From contig NC_068988.1 in the NCBI RefSeq assembly GCF_001194135.2, forward strand, positions 27,362,748 through 27,426,747: DNA of 64,000 nucleotides, given 5' to 3'. Shown here in pieces: positions 1 to 12,324 of this stretch. Both the position numbers and the translations under genes were made by a program. Within the stretch, counting starts at the first letter, position 1, and each line of letters starts with the position of its first letter. The notes beneath the pieces are model-generated. The model made no database searches and was not told where the DNA came from. It saw only the letters and a list, made by a program, of their open reading frames with translations. Source of the DNA: Octopus bimaculoides. Taxonomy: Eukaryota.

Positions 1-249
1 GTTTATAAATCTCCCTATTTAAAGTATCATAAAAGCATGAAACTATTAGTAGCTCTTTCTTAATGTATATTCAATTGATATATATATATATATATCATCA
101 ATCATCCTTTAAACATACGTTTTCCATGCTGGCATGATAAATATACACACACATATATATATATATGTAGAGAAAGAGAAAGAAACAGATAGACAGACAG
201 ACAGATATAGATGGATGTATAAAATCTCACAAAGTAATCTTAATAATGC

Positions 250-600
250 CTTTAAAGGAGGAAGGAAAGACGTTAGAAGAATAAAAAGACAAATGTCAAC
301 ATTTATAGAAATAAAACTGATTCAAGTTTTTCTATAGACATCACTTATATCTGGTAGAATACTCCTTTATAATTTGATCTAATTATTTCCTTAGTGAATT
401 CTATCTTATTCCAATTCTTATTTCTTGTATTCCTTGATTTTTCTCTGCTTTTTTTTCTTGTCTTTATTGCAACTCTGAATATCTTTCCATGGAACCTTAA
501 TGATCCAAAATCAGTCTTTTCTTTCCTATCATTACTTCTTATAACTTAACATTTATAAACAATACTTGGTGACTCATTTTGTTATATGACCTGAATTCAG
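250..600 (-). mobile_element. Highly degenerate RTE-type LINE ORF2 fragment
   Basis: Frameshifted minus-strand peptide (NKDKKK...KEII...KGVFY) loosely resembles the RTE endonuclease-RT linker. Weak support only. Confidence 0.3.
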
Positions 601-1238
601 TCTCTAAGCTTTCAACAGAAGGCGTATATCCTGTGTAAAATTTTTCATCTAGTTCCACTTCAGAATATTTGAGTTTTTACCAGCTTCACTTGCCTAACAG
701 TGGCACACTTTTTGACACAAGTGTATCATATAGCTAGTCTCTTTCTTCTGAGGAAGTAGCTATTTTAACTCATTCGGCACACACACACACACACACACAC
801 AACACTGGAACAATTCAGAAAGTAATAACATTCTAAGAATTAAACCAGACATTACAAATTAAAAACAAGTGGAAATTATAGAAATTGCAAAGAACCAAAC
901 TTTTAGGTAAAAAAAAAAATCTAACCAGAAAATTAATATATATGGTCCCAGCTATTATAAGGGAGATAATCATTTCATCATAATACAAAGCAGGATAAGA
1001 AATTTGAAACAGAAATTTAAAATTACATTGAGTTTCTCTGCCCTAGGTGTCAGGAAGACACTCGGCAAGAAATGCAAACAGAATTGTAAGAAGATGATAA
1101 TGATGATAATTATAATAATGATAATAGTATTAATAATAAGAAGGAGAAGATTCAGAATGGTACAGGACAAAAAAGTATGGTATTACATAAAACTATGTAA
1201 AAAAGAAAAAAAATATATATATATATATATCAACCAAT

Positions 1239-1393
1239 GACAAGAGAACAGCAGTCACATAATCACCTTTATTAGGTTACAGTTAATTCTGCTATAGGAT
1301 GTTACAAAACATTCAGTTCTGAGAATGCTGCTTTTTATAGCAGAAACAACTGTAAGCTAATGAAGTTAATTATGTGACTCCTGTTCTCGTGTC
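1239..1393. mobile_element. Fold-back (palindromic MITE-like) element
   Basis: 58-bp arms 1239-1296 and 1336-1393 are reverse complements with about 8 mismatches; the 39-bp loop is itself structured. Confidence 0.75.
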
Positions 1394-2020
1394 AGTCAAT
1401 ATTTAAGATTATGCTCTGCACTTGCCTAATATTTTACGTGTATATTGAGTTCTAACAACTCGTTATTAGTATCACTATGGCTTGGTAAAATCATAAGATG
1501 CACACACACACAGATATATGAATACACACACACATGCACATACAAAAACACAGTAAATAATAATCACTATATTCAAAAGCCTGATGTTAATGCCAAATAT
1601 GTACTTTAAAATAGGGTGTCCACACTAGGATACATGAGCGTGCATATTTTTGTATCATATATATATATACACATGCATGCACACAAACACACATATATGC
1701 ATATATTTGTGTGTGTGTATATATATATACACCGTCTGCAAGTAGTTGGGTTCAGCATATTATCCTCCATTTTCTAATTGTTACACAAATTTTGGGTAAA
1801 ACCTCCACTTTTACCCGCTCCCATTGATTGCACCTAGGATAGCACTAGTGTAGCAATAATTGGGTACCCTCCCAGCAGTATACTGGATAGATACTATCCC
1901 TTAGTGGGTTGAACCCCCAACCCCTAACTCTCTCATGTTATATATATATATAACGAAAAAAATTTAGAAAATGGACATGTGGCCTTCATATAACTTATTA
2001 ATTGCAAAAATCCAACATAT

Positions 2021-2104
2021 TCACTTACAACTGTTTCAATTTAGCCTAAAGATTAAATTACAATAATTAAATCATTGTATTAGACAAAATCTCATCAGAG
2101 GAAT
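2021..2104 (-). ncRNA. Minimal type I hammerhead ribozyme-like motif (Penelope-type)
   Basis: Minus strand reads CCT-CTGATGA-[long stem II]-GAA-ACAGTTGT-A-AGTGA: intact core, near-palindromic stem III, GUA cleavage triplet. Confidence 0.6.
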
Positions 2105-2185
2105 AGAAAAGATATACCGTTAGGTTATTAGGTATTGTGTTTTCAAATCATCTCAGCAGACTCATATATATATATATATATATAT

Positions 2186-2474
2186 ATGATTGAGACTTTT
2201 GGTGGTTTGCTGTGCTTGAGAAGATTCATCAGGCCAAGTGAAGTTGTAGTTGTGAACAGTGCTAGTGATATGTAAAAGGCACCAGTGATGGTGACACATA
2301 AAAGCACCAACTACACTCTTGGAATGGTTAGCATTAAGAAGGGCATCCAGTTGGAGAAACCAAACCAAAACCAGACTGGAGCTTGGTAAAGCTCTCTAGC
2401 TTACCAGTTCCAGTCAAACCATCTAATCCATGCCAGCAGAGAAAACAGATGCTAAATGATGAGGATGATGATGA
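2186..2474 (+). mobile_element. RTE LINE 3' end / RTE-tail SINE (family C)
   Basis: Shared core ggttagcattaagaagggcatccag and 3' tail catgccagcaga...aaatgatgaggatgatgat. Confidence 0.8.
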
Positions 2475-2933
2475 TTTGTGTGTGTATGCATGTATGTAAG
2501 TATGTATATGATATGCTTTTGTACACAGACACCCAGATGTTGATAGCTAAATCTTCGCAGCGAAAACTGGGTAGCATACCCTTTAGTTGATAGCTGAATA
2601 GCTGAGATAACACACATGCGTGCGCGCACACACACACACCGGCATTCATACAGACATGTACACTCATACTACAGACCCTTTATATTCCACCCCTATCACA
2701 AACTCATTTTTCTAAATGGGATGAGTTGAGGAGGGGGTGGGCCTGTGTACTGTTTTTAGCAAGTCTGCATGTGGGTGTATTTGTGTGATGTTCTATATAT
2801 GTTAGTAGGTGTTTCATGTATATATATAGGTTACGATTTAAAGCAAATATCTAATATATATTTACAATATATATATATACACATACACATATATATATAT
2901 ACATAAAACTCGATAATATATATATATATATAT

Positions 2934-3291
2934 TATTGAGTGTTGGGCCTCACAGAGGCAATGACCAAGACCTTTGGCATTATGTTGTGCTTGCGAAGAA
3001 GACCCATCAAGCCCAGCAAAATCGTAGTCATGGCAGATACCAGTTCATGCAAACTGGTACCTATGCCAGTGGGATGTAAAAGCCCCTTGGTGTCACACAA
3101 ATGGCACCAGTGCCGGTGGTATGTAAAAGCACCCATTACATGCTCAGTGTGGTTGGCATTAGGAAGGACATCCAGCTGTAGAAAACCATACCAAATCAGA
3201 CTGGAGCCTGGTGCAGCCTTCCAGCATGCCAGCCCAGTCAAACTGTCCAACCCATGCCAGCATGGACAATGGACGTTAAATGATGATGATG

Positions 3292-3292
<1 letters not shown>
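2934..3292 (+). mobile_element. 5'-truncated RTE LINE (ORF2 C-terminus plus 3' UTR; family C)
   Basis: Encodes LGLTEAMT...(frameshift)LWHYVVL, an RTE ORF2 C-terminal remnant, followed by the family C tail ggacgttaaatgatgatgat. Confidence 0.8.
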
Positions 3293-3324
<32 letters not shown>

Positions 3325-3461
3325 NNNNNNNNNNNNNNNNNNNNNNNNNNNNNNNNNNNNNNNNNNNNNNNNNNNNNNNNNNNNNNNNNNNNNNNNNNNN
3401 NNNNNNNNNNNNNNNNNNNNNNNNNNNNNNNNNNNNNNNNNNNNNNNNNNATATATGTATA

Positions 3462-3506
<45 letters not shown>

Positions 3507-4183
3507 ATATACACACATACATATATATATATGCACACACACATATATATATATTTTTTCTTTGCTAACAGTGCATGTAGATATACTATATCTAATATAT
3601 ATATATATATTATACATAATCAATTCAAACAGGAACAAGCAAGAAAAAACAACAATGCGAGGACGTGGAATAAGTAGTGTTATTGGACACTCAGGAAAAG
3701 AAAGAAAAAATATATATATATACACACGCATACATACATACACATGAATGTGTAAAATATGTATATATGCAAGATATGTATATCTAATATACATACATGT
3801 ATAAAGTATGTGTGTACATGCATATTTATATGTAAATGGATGTTCAATGATCGTAGGTCTTACATCTAACTTATTAATTGTATATAGATACATTGTACAT
3901 ATACGTCTGCAGGCTTGCAAAGGCCATAGGGCATAGCACTCTCTTCTCCAAGCAAAACCAATAAAGAAAATGTGATGTTTGTATATGAAATATGTCTTTA
4001 ATATATATAGTTAAGTGTATCTTGTATATACGTACATGTGTGTGATATGTATATGTGTGAATATATAAATATATATACATACACAAACACTCACATATAC
4101 ACACATGCACATATATAAGAGAAAAAGAAAATGGAGATTGGAAAGTTAATAATCGTTTATTATTAACAGCAAATTAATCATCA

Positions 4184-4258
4184 TCCCTTACAGCTGTTTC
4201 AATTAATACTCAGTAAATATTAAATTTATATGACCTGAGAATAATATCCGCAGAGGAA
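4184..4258 (-). ncRNA. Variant minimal hammerhead-like motif (core CUGCGGA)
   Basis: Minus strand reads TTCCT-CTGCGGA-[stem II]-GAA-ACAGCTGT-A-AGGGA: 5-bp stem I and a perfect palindromic stem III. Shares flanking aggaa..aaaagatatac with the 2021-2104 copy. Confidence 0.5.
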
Positions 4259-4357
4259 AAAAGATATACTTTTGGATGTTTTATGTGTTTATGGATTCAT
4301 TATAGCAGACATATATGTATGTATACATATATATATATATATACACATAGATTATAC

Positions 4358-4393
<36 letters not shown>

Positions 4394-5380
4394 CATGGAA
4401 AGTGGATGAACAAAACTAAAAATGTTTATGATGATGGAATGTGTATATTTGTGTGTGTTTATAGAAGTGATTGTCTCAGATATTTATATATTTGTATTTC
4501 ATATCTATCTATCTATAATTATATATATATATATATATATACGTGGTATATGTATACAAGGGTGTATACATAAGTGATGCATATATGCACAAACATGCAC
4601 ATATCTATATATAAATATATATGTATACATACATACATACATACATACATATGTATACATGTAAGTGTGTGTGTGTGAGAGAGAGAGGGAGAGAGAGAGA
4701 GAGAGAGAGAGAGTTTGCAAGCATGTGAAAGCTGTAAGCTAGTTGAAAATCAGCTATTGCTGAAATATAACGTCTTCCTCTTGATTTCTCTATACTACTA
4801 CACTATTTCAGTTGGCTGACCTAAACTCCAAAAGCAAGAGATTTGGTGATAAAAAAAAAATTCCCAGTAAACAACAGTACTAAAAAAAGAAACCCACTTT
4901 GTTGACTGGGTTTTTTCTGTGTTAGCTGGCTGGGTTAGTTGTTTTGTTAAACATCTATAACCTGGTTCATTCACTTACCACTCCTAGTGAATCTACTCGA
5001 TCTTGAAATGATGTCAGCAGTGGTATTTACAGACTGTCTGAAATTCCCATTATATTCAGGAACATATACACCAAGCATTATGTAGGAGTATATAAATATA
5101 TATATACAAAGATTTAAACACTTAAGTTTCTTATACAGAAAGGTTTAACATACATGTGCTCGCAAAAATTGTAGCACACTCCTTTTCCTTATCCACATAT
5201 ATGACATAGCAAACACACACACACATACACAGAAACGTAGATATACACACATCTACATACAATCAATCACATGCACACAAGACACACACGCACAAAGTTT
5301 AGGACAATTTATTCACTTATAACATATGCTAAGGATCAACATACAAAGATTGAACACACTCCTTTCATGTATATACACAC

Positions 5381-5411
<31 letters not shown>

Positions 5412-5489
5412 TATATGTGTGTGTGTGATATCGCATGCAAACACACATATACACTCATACATACACAGCAAACAGCCCCACATACACAC

Positions 5490-5970
5490 TGATATGAACA
5501 TCAGAAACCCAAAGCATGACACCTTGTGAGTGGATTTGGTAGATGGAAACTGAAAGAAGCCCATTGTATACGTGTGTGAGTGTGTGCGCCTGTGTATATG
5601 CATCTGTCTGTGTCTTTGTGTTTGTAATTGTCACCTACATCTGCCTGATAGCCGGTGTTAGTATGCTTACATTCCTATAACCTTTGTGGTTCAGCAAAAG
5701 AGACTGATAGAGTAAGTGCCAGATTTTAAAAATAAATACTGAGGTCAATCTGTTTTGACTAAAACCCTTCAAGGCAGTGTTCCAGCATGGCTGCAGTCCA
5801 ATGATTGAAACAAGTAAAAGATTTTAAAAAAAAAAAGATTTTATATGATGGACTTCCACATCATTTCCATCTACCAAATTCACTCACAAGGCACTGGTTG
5901 GCCCAGGGTATAGCAGAAGACTCTTGCTCAAGATGCCAAGCAGTAGGACTGAATCTGAAGCAATGTGGGA
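5490..5970. mobile_element. Family A SINE 3' part (+) followed by an inverted family A head (-)
   Basis: ccttgtgagtggatttggtagatggaaactgaaagaagcc...caagtaaaag, then the reverse-complement head at about 5850-5970. Confidence 0.75.
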
Positions 5971-6001
5971 AAAATTAAAGGAATATCTCGAAAATAGAGT
6001 A

Positions 6002-6225
6002 AAGCGGCGAGCTGGCAGAAACGTTAGTAGTCCAGGCAAAATGCTTAGCAGTATTTCATCTGTCTTTACATTCTGAGTTCAAGTTCCACCGAGGTCGACT
6101 TTGCCTTTCATCTTTCTGGGGTCGATAAATTAAGTACCAGTTGTGTCCTGGTGTCAATCTAATGAACTGGCCCCTTTCCCCAAAATTTCGGGCCTTGTGC
6201 CTAGAGCAGAAAAGAATATTCTTGA
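6002..6225 (+). mobile_element. tRNA-derived SINE, family B
   Basis: Head ggcgagctggcagaaacgttag, B-box-like gagttcaagttcc, then gtcgataaattaagtaccag. Other copies at about 14995-15200 (+), 17270-17440 (+), 19315-19650 (-, two), 39143-39355 (+), 43700-43830 (-) and 59440-59620 (-). Confidence 0.85.
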
Positions 6226-6452
6226 AAATAGAGAACATAGCAATGTATAATGGATGATGTATAACATTTTGATATTTGAATTCACAGCAAATTTTCAATG
6301 ATGCTTTTATGAAGGCAGCACTTTTGGGTCTGCTGTATAGGTTTGTAGGGTTTTAGAGGTGGGGCAGCAAACTCAGAGGTTTTCTTGGGCAGCACACGCC
6401 CTCACTGAACTACTGAGAAATACTTGTCTTCTTTACCTTTAGCTATAAATGA

Positions 6453-6775
6453 AGACGCATGGATTAGTGGTTTGGGTATTTGGTTCACAACCATAAGGTC
6501 ATATGTTCAATTCCCAATGGTGCATTGCTTCCTTGAGCAAGACACTTTATTTCATGATGTTCCAGTCCACTCAGCTGGAGAAAATGAGTGTGTACCTGTA
6601 TTTCAAAGGGCCTGCTTCATCGCATTCTTTGTTACATTTAATCTCCCTAAGAATTGCCTTAAGGATACGCATGTCTGTGGTACACTCAGCCACTTGCATG
6701 TCAATTTCATGAGCAGGCTGTTCTATTGATCAGATCAACTGGAACTTTTGTTGTTGTAACTGACAAAGAACTTTC
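6453..6775 (+). mobile_element. tRNA-derived SINE, family E (CORE/Meta-like central block)
   Basis: A-box/B-box head, central ttgagcaagacactttatttca...ccagtccactcagctg, and tail tgatcagatcaactggaac. Confidence 0.75.
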
Positions 6776-7549
6776 GTCATGGATAGGTATTCTTTGAAAT
6801 CACTCGCTCAATTAGACATTTTTAATTCAATATTTGTAATTTCCTCTTTAAAATTTTGACAGCTTCAGCTGTGAGAATTGTGTCATCAGCTAACATAGAT
6901 TTCTCACAGGCAGCTAATTGTAAACTCTGCTGCTTATGACCTTGAGAATTATAATGAATATGAACAGACCCTGTCAGCTTGTATCTGCATGCTATATTCT
7001 AACTGAACTTATTCCTAACTTTCACCTTGCTTATACCAACTTAGTACATAATTTACACAGCTCCCTCTCTTTGTCTCTCATAAGTACCTCTACATCTAGT
7101 TCATTTTAATGACTTTCAGGTTACAGTGTTTAGTACTTTGTCACAGGCTTCCTCCCGGTTAACAAATGTTCAGCATAATAACTTGTATTCAGCTAAGACT
7201 TCAAACTTCTGCAGTTGTTATACTAAGACAAGGGCACTAGTGGTACCCCAAATTCAAACTGTATCTCACCTGAATTAGTTTTCTTTCTAATCAAATGTGC
7301 TGTAAATGTTAGTGTTTCTTTCATAAGCCCATCAATTTCTTCTGTAGTTGCTTTTTTCTATGCTATTGTAACAGCCCACACATGTGACAAATGGTATGTG
7401 CTAGTCGCTATAAATAAGGTGACATCAGTTAGTATAAGGAGAGAGCATGAAGTAGACAGTCATAGATAGTTGTGGTCTTACTTGTCTTACTAACTATACT
7501 GCTGTACTAGAGTGGCGTTATAACAAACCGACATTAAGGAATACAGCAA

Positions 7550-7910
7550 ACATATGTCAACTGCTAAAGGCAAATTCACTGCAGTTACCACGGAGAAAAA
7601 TTATCACTTATGGTAAAAATTGTTAAAACTCTGCTGAGTATCTCCTCCAAGTGGGCCCCTAGATGTATTTCTGGCTCTTAGTCTTCCTCAGTAGGAGATA
7701 CTGAAGAAAAATAACTCAAGCAGATTCTAAAGCCATATCCAAAAACAGTTAATATCAATGATTGAGTTGCACATGCGGACCACTTGGCCACAATAAATAT
7801 AATGGTATTAGCACTAAGCAGTGATGAGGAATAAACAAACTTGAGGTTAGTTAAAATATGTTTGGGACATGTTCAACTTCTAAAAGTAAATTCACTGCAG
7901 TTACTGTAGA
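7550..7910 (+). mobile_element. Possible pogo/Tigger transposase N-terminal remnants (two copies)
   Basis: atgtcaactgctaaaggcaaattcactgcagttacc (MSTAKGKFTAVTTEK) and a duplicate near 7870 resemble Tigger N-termini. No TIR identified. Confidence 0.25.
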
Positions 7911-8479
7911 GCACTAACACCCTTGTGTGTGTGTGTGTGTGCATGTAGCAAATCTATTCACAAGGCTTTGGCCAAAGACACCGACCAAAGGTGCAGCACA
8001 GTGGGACTGAACCCTCAGTCTCATGATTGAGAAGCAAGCTTCTTAGTCACATATAGTCCCGCCTACACCACCGTATATATATCATCACCATCATTATTTT
8101 ATATCTATTGGTGTTGTGAAAAAACTGTTGAATTATTCATTCCGTTATATTTTGTGTCTGCAGCAAGTAAACTATTTCCATTTGCATTGGTGTTTTGTAT
8201 TTCATTCACAGTTTCTATGAGAGACTTTCTTAAGTGAGGTTTTTCTCTTTGTCAGGATTTTTCCCAAATAAACATTTTGAAACCTTTGTTCTCTGCTTCA
8301 TGAGAATATATACATATTTTATAGCTATGCACAGACACACACGTGCACACACACAATACAGCACAACACACACCTATCACTTATAAGGAAAGAACATACA
8401 TTAGACTTTACACACTTGTGTGTGTGTGTACCTGTTTGTGTGTGTGTGCCTTATTGTGTGTATGTGTATATATTTGTAT

Positions 8480-8840
8480 GTTTGTGGCACTTCGTCGGTT
8501 ATGACGACAAGAGTTCCAATTGATCTGATCAACGGAACAGCCTGCTTGTGAAATTAACGTGCAAGCGGCTGAGCACTCCACAGACACGTGTACCCTTAAC
8601 ATAGTTCTCGGGGAGATTCAGTGTGACACAGGGTATCACAAGGCTGGCCCTTTGAAATACAGGTACAATAGAAACTGGAAGAAAGAGTGAGAGAAAGTTG
8701 TGGTGAAAGAGTACAACAGGGTCCCCCCTACCCCACTAGAGCCTCGTGGAGCTTTAAGTGTTTTTCCTCAATAAACACTCACAACGCCAGGTCTGGTAAT
8801 CAAAACTGTGATCCCACGACTACTGGGCCATTGCACCTCC
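8480..8840 (-). mobile_element. Family E SINE, near full length
   Basis: Reverse complement of the 6453-6775 family (ccaattgatctgatcaacggaacagcctgc), with the head at about 8840. Confidence 0.75.
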
Positions 8841-8886
8841 TGTATGTATGTATGTGAATATGTATATGTACATGTACATATATAGC

Positions 8887-9125
8887 ATCATCATTTAACA
8901 GTCATTTTCCTGTGCTTGTGTGGGTCAGACGAAATCTGTCGAAGCAGATTTTCTACAGCTGGATGCCATTCCTGTCACCCACTCTTATTTGCTTCCAAGC
9001 AAGGCACATTTTTGCATGACCAGACATGTTTTGTGGAAGACTGGAGGTAAACAACCTTGTTTGTATAATGCTGTCGCTCACTTACACTCATCATGTGATG
9101 TTTTCACAAAAGTACACACAACACA
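8887..9125 (-). mobile_element. RTE-tail SINE (family C variant)
   Basis: catcatcatttaac tail and ctacagctggatgcc core in reverse orientation. Confidence 0.7.
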
Positions 9126-9167
9126 ACACATGTACACATACAATTATATATATATATATTGCGTGAG

Positions 9168-9500
9168 TGGAGACATAATGGCCCAGTGGTTAGGGCAGCA
9201 GACTTGCGGTCATAAGATTGCCGTTTCAATTCCCAGATTGGGTGTTGTGTTTATTGAGCGAAAACACCTAAATTTCCACGAGACTCCGTATATATATATA
9301 TACGATGGGCTTCTTCCAGTTTCCATCTACCAAATCTGCTCACAAGGCTTTGGTTGGCTCGAAGCTATAGTAGAAGACACNNNNNNNNNNCTGCTCACAA
9401 GGCTTTGGTTGGCTCGAAGCTATAGTAGAAGACACTTGCCCAAGGTGCCACGCAGTGGGACTGAACCCGGGACCATGTGGTTGGTAAGCAAGCTACTTAC
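9168..9500. mobile_element. Family E head (+, 9168-9290) and family A head (-, 9300-9500)
   Basis: tggcccagtggttagggcag...gtttcaattccc is a Pol III-like head; the reverse family A head ends ccacacagccactcc. Confidence 0.75.
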
Positions 9501-9992
9501 CACACAGCCACTCCTGATAAATCAATCAGTTTTGTAAACGTTTAAGCCTAGTCATTCATGATATACATGTTAGCACTAAATGATAATTCAATAAAGAATT
9601 CCCTTCACCCATGAGCATTAGTAGGCCTCATGAGTTTGGTGGTCTTTTAAATTTCTTTATACAGTCATGAAATATGGTAGGAAATACGTGGCAATGCAAC
9701 CTCTTTACAGTGCAACTCCTCTATAGAAGTATAGAGACTTACAATGGCTGGCCAATAGCCTATATACATTTAGTATGATACATAGATGACTATTACAGTT
9801 CGTTTAATTTTTGTCCCATCACAAATTGTAGTGAATTGAATACTGATATTGTTTGCAAGCTGAATAAGTGATTTCATATTTTGAAAAAGAACCAACTGGT
9901 GAAAACTGAGAACCTTGGATGTCTTCTACAAAGCTTTGTTAGTTAAATTTGGTTGATAGAAATTGTACAAAGCCTGTTAAACTCAGATCCTT

Positions 9993-10053
9993 AAGATGCC
10001 TATCTGATGAGTGCGGGTAAATTACTTTACATGAAACTCAGAGTCATGACTAT
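9993..10053 (+). ncRNA. Degenerate minimal hammerhead-like motif
   Basis: CTGATGA 10004-10010, stem II gtg..cat, GAAA 10033-10036, stem III ACTC-A-GAGT, GUC triplet 10043-10045. Stem I is weak. Confidence 0.45.
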
Positions 10054-10594
10054 ACTTATATTACATAAGTAGAATTCTAACCAAACACTCATGTTCAATA
10101 TATTTCCTGATGTGCGTGTATGTTTGAATTATTAATCTATATTTACTGGAGTTAACAAAACTAACAACAGCACACCTCCAGGCTCACCAAAATATTCATC
10201 TCAGTCACAGACTCAAACACAAAGAATGATCTAAAAGTTACAGACTTGAAATTTCGTCGCAACTCTTTGTGGTGTTCTCTGATGTTGTGTCCTGCATTTA
10301 ACTGAAGAAGAAGAAAGAGCAAGTGCTGTTGTTGTTATTATTTTTGTAATTGTTATTGTTGTTGTTGCCATGGCAGCAGAATCAGATAGTCAGATGTGAT
10401 AAATGTAGTTTCAGTGGAAAAACCAGGGCTGACTCTGACCTAATTCTGCAATAGTTCAATAGAATTGTTGTCAAGGAAAGAAAATATGTTAAACATAAAA
10501 GAATCATCGAAATATTTCTAATGTGGTATTGCATTATTAATTTAATTACTGGATATAGTAATGAAAAAAATGATGTAACAATATAAAATTTCAA

Positions 10595-10810
10595 TGTGGT
10601 GGCAGTGGTGGTGGGTGTTGTGTTAGTGCTTGTGGTGGTGGTGGAGGCTGTGATGACAATGATGGTGGCGGTGGTGGTGATGGTGGTGGTGGTTTTGTTG
10701 TTGTTGGTGGTGGTGGAGGCAGTAATGATGATGGGTGGCAGTAGCAGTAGTGGAGGTAGTTGTAGTGGAGTAGTGGTGGTGGTGGTGGTAGTGGTAGTGT
10801 TGGCAGCAGT
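10595..10810. repeat. Imperfect (GGT/GTA/GTT)n trinucleotide low-complexity tract
   Basis: Direct inspection; it produces the overlapping poly-V/P/H ORFs in the track. Confidence 0.9.
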
Positions 10811-12324
10811 GTACTATATACACTTCCTACTTTGCTCACTTGCAGAAAAAAAAATTATCAGAAACATTTTTCCTTGAATCTGACTGACTTCTAGTTTCCG
10901 TTTTTGTTCCTGAGAAGAAAATTGAAGGAAAAACCAAAAAAAGAATTACCCCAGAGACAGCTGTTAGTGGAGTGAGTTGCTTTCTGTAGAGGGAAGCAGC
11001 AAATAACAGCTTGGACTCTTCCATTTCAACCTCCCATGTATAAGCTGGAGGAGGGCAGGTGCTGTGTAAAGTTATTAACATGGGAGCAAATGGGATTTTT
11101 AGAAAACAGCAGCAATATTAACAGAAGGTGGAGGAGCTAAGAGTTAAACCCTGGGGTCTTCCTTCTCCAGAGAATCACAGTCGCAATCACACACACACAA
11201 ACATGCATTTTCACATTCATGTTCACACTCATACACACATGTGTAGCTTATACCTCTCCCTCTCTTTTCCCGTCCCTTTCTCTGTCTGTTTCTCTCTCTC
11301 TTTATATATATGTGTATGTATATGTGTGTATACACACATACATCCATATGTATATGTATACACAAACATGTGTGAATTTATGTATATATGTATGTATGTA
11401 TGTCATAGGATAAAATTTCTTTTTCCTTATGAATCCTTTATGCTTTCCAGACTAAACATGATGGACTTAGGAATGGTGTTGTTTTAAACTAAGAACTAAT
11501 GAGGAAATATGAAAAAATCTTCAAAACAGAACTGATTAAACTCAAACAGTCATGTCTCCAGTATAACACATGTGTATGTGTTATATATATATATATGTAT
11601 GTGTGTGTGTATATACATATATATATACATATAGTATATATACATATGATATATATACATACATCACACACACACATGCAACAAACTATGCGTTTATGTA
11701 TGTATGTTGTATATATTTATGTACACATGCATATATGTATGTACATGTGGACAAAAACAGACAGGCAGGCAAAAGACAAACAGACATAAAGAGAGATAAA
11801 GGGGGAGACAGACAGACAAAGAGATAAATAGAGAGGGAAACAGGGAAGGAGGGAGAAAGCAAGAAAGAAAAAGAGAGAGAGAGGTGTAAGCTAGACAGAA
11901 AATCAGCTGATATTATGGAAGGGCTGTCCTTTTTTCACTATATTAAAATAAGGAAGCAAGTAGAAATCTCATATAGCTTGAATCATTGGCTGAGCAAGAT
12001 CAAAGTGCATGCATGGCTGAGCATGGGAGCTAAAAAAAAATCCTGGGGTAGGGGTGAATTTTTCTTTCTAAATGACTGTTTTTTTATTTATTTATAGAAG
12101 TGTAAGATGAGAGATCAAAGGTCATGTCTACCTCCTACCTGATCAACAATACTCCTTTGTGTATTCAGGTAGGATAATGAGGATGAAAGTAACATTAGCA
12201 AGGGGAGAGAGTTAATGTGAGTGGAGCAGCCAGCATATTTGGTTCATGGGCCAAGAGTAAGGCTGTGTTGACAGATTTTATTAATCTTGAGGCAGTTATT
12301 TTTCTTCCATTTTTTTTTAAGCCA

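Noticed and set aside
9338-9431. Apparent tandem duplication of ~40 bp of a SINE across a 10-N gap
   Set aside because: Typical overlapping contig ends at a scaffold join; an assembly artefact.
10382-10877. Overlapping poly-Val/Pro/His/Thr ORFs, including an ATG-less open frame of about 430 nt on the minus strand
   Set aside because: Explained by a trinucleotide low-complexity tract that lacks stop codons in most frames.
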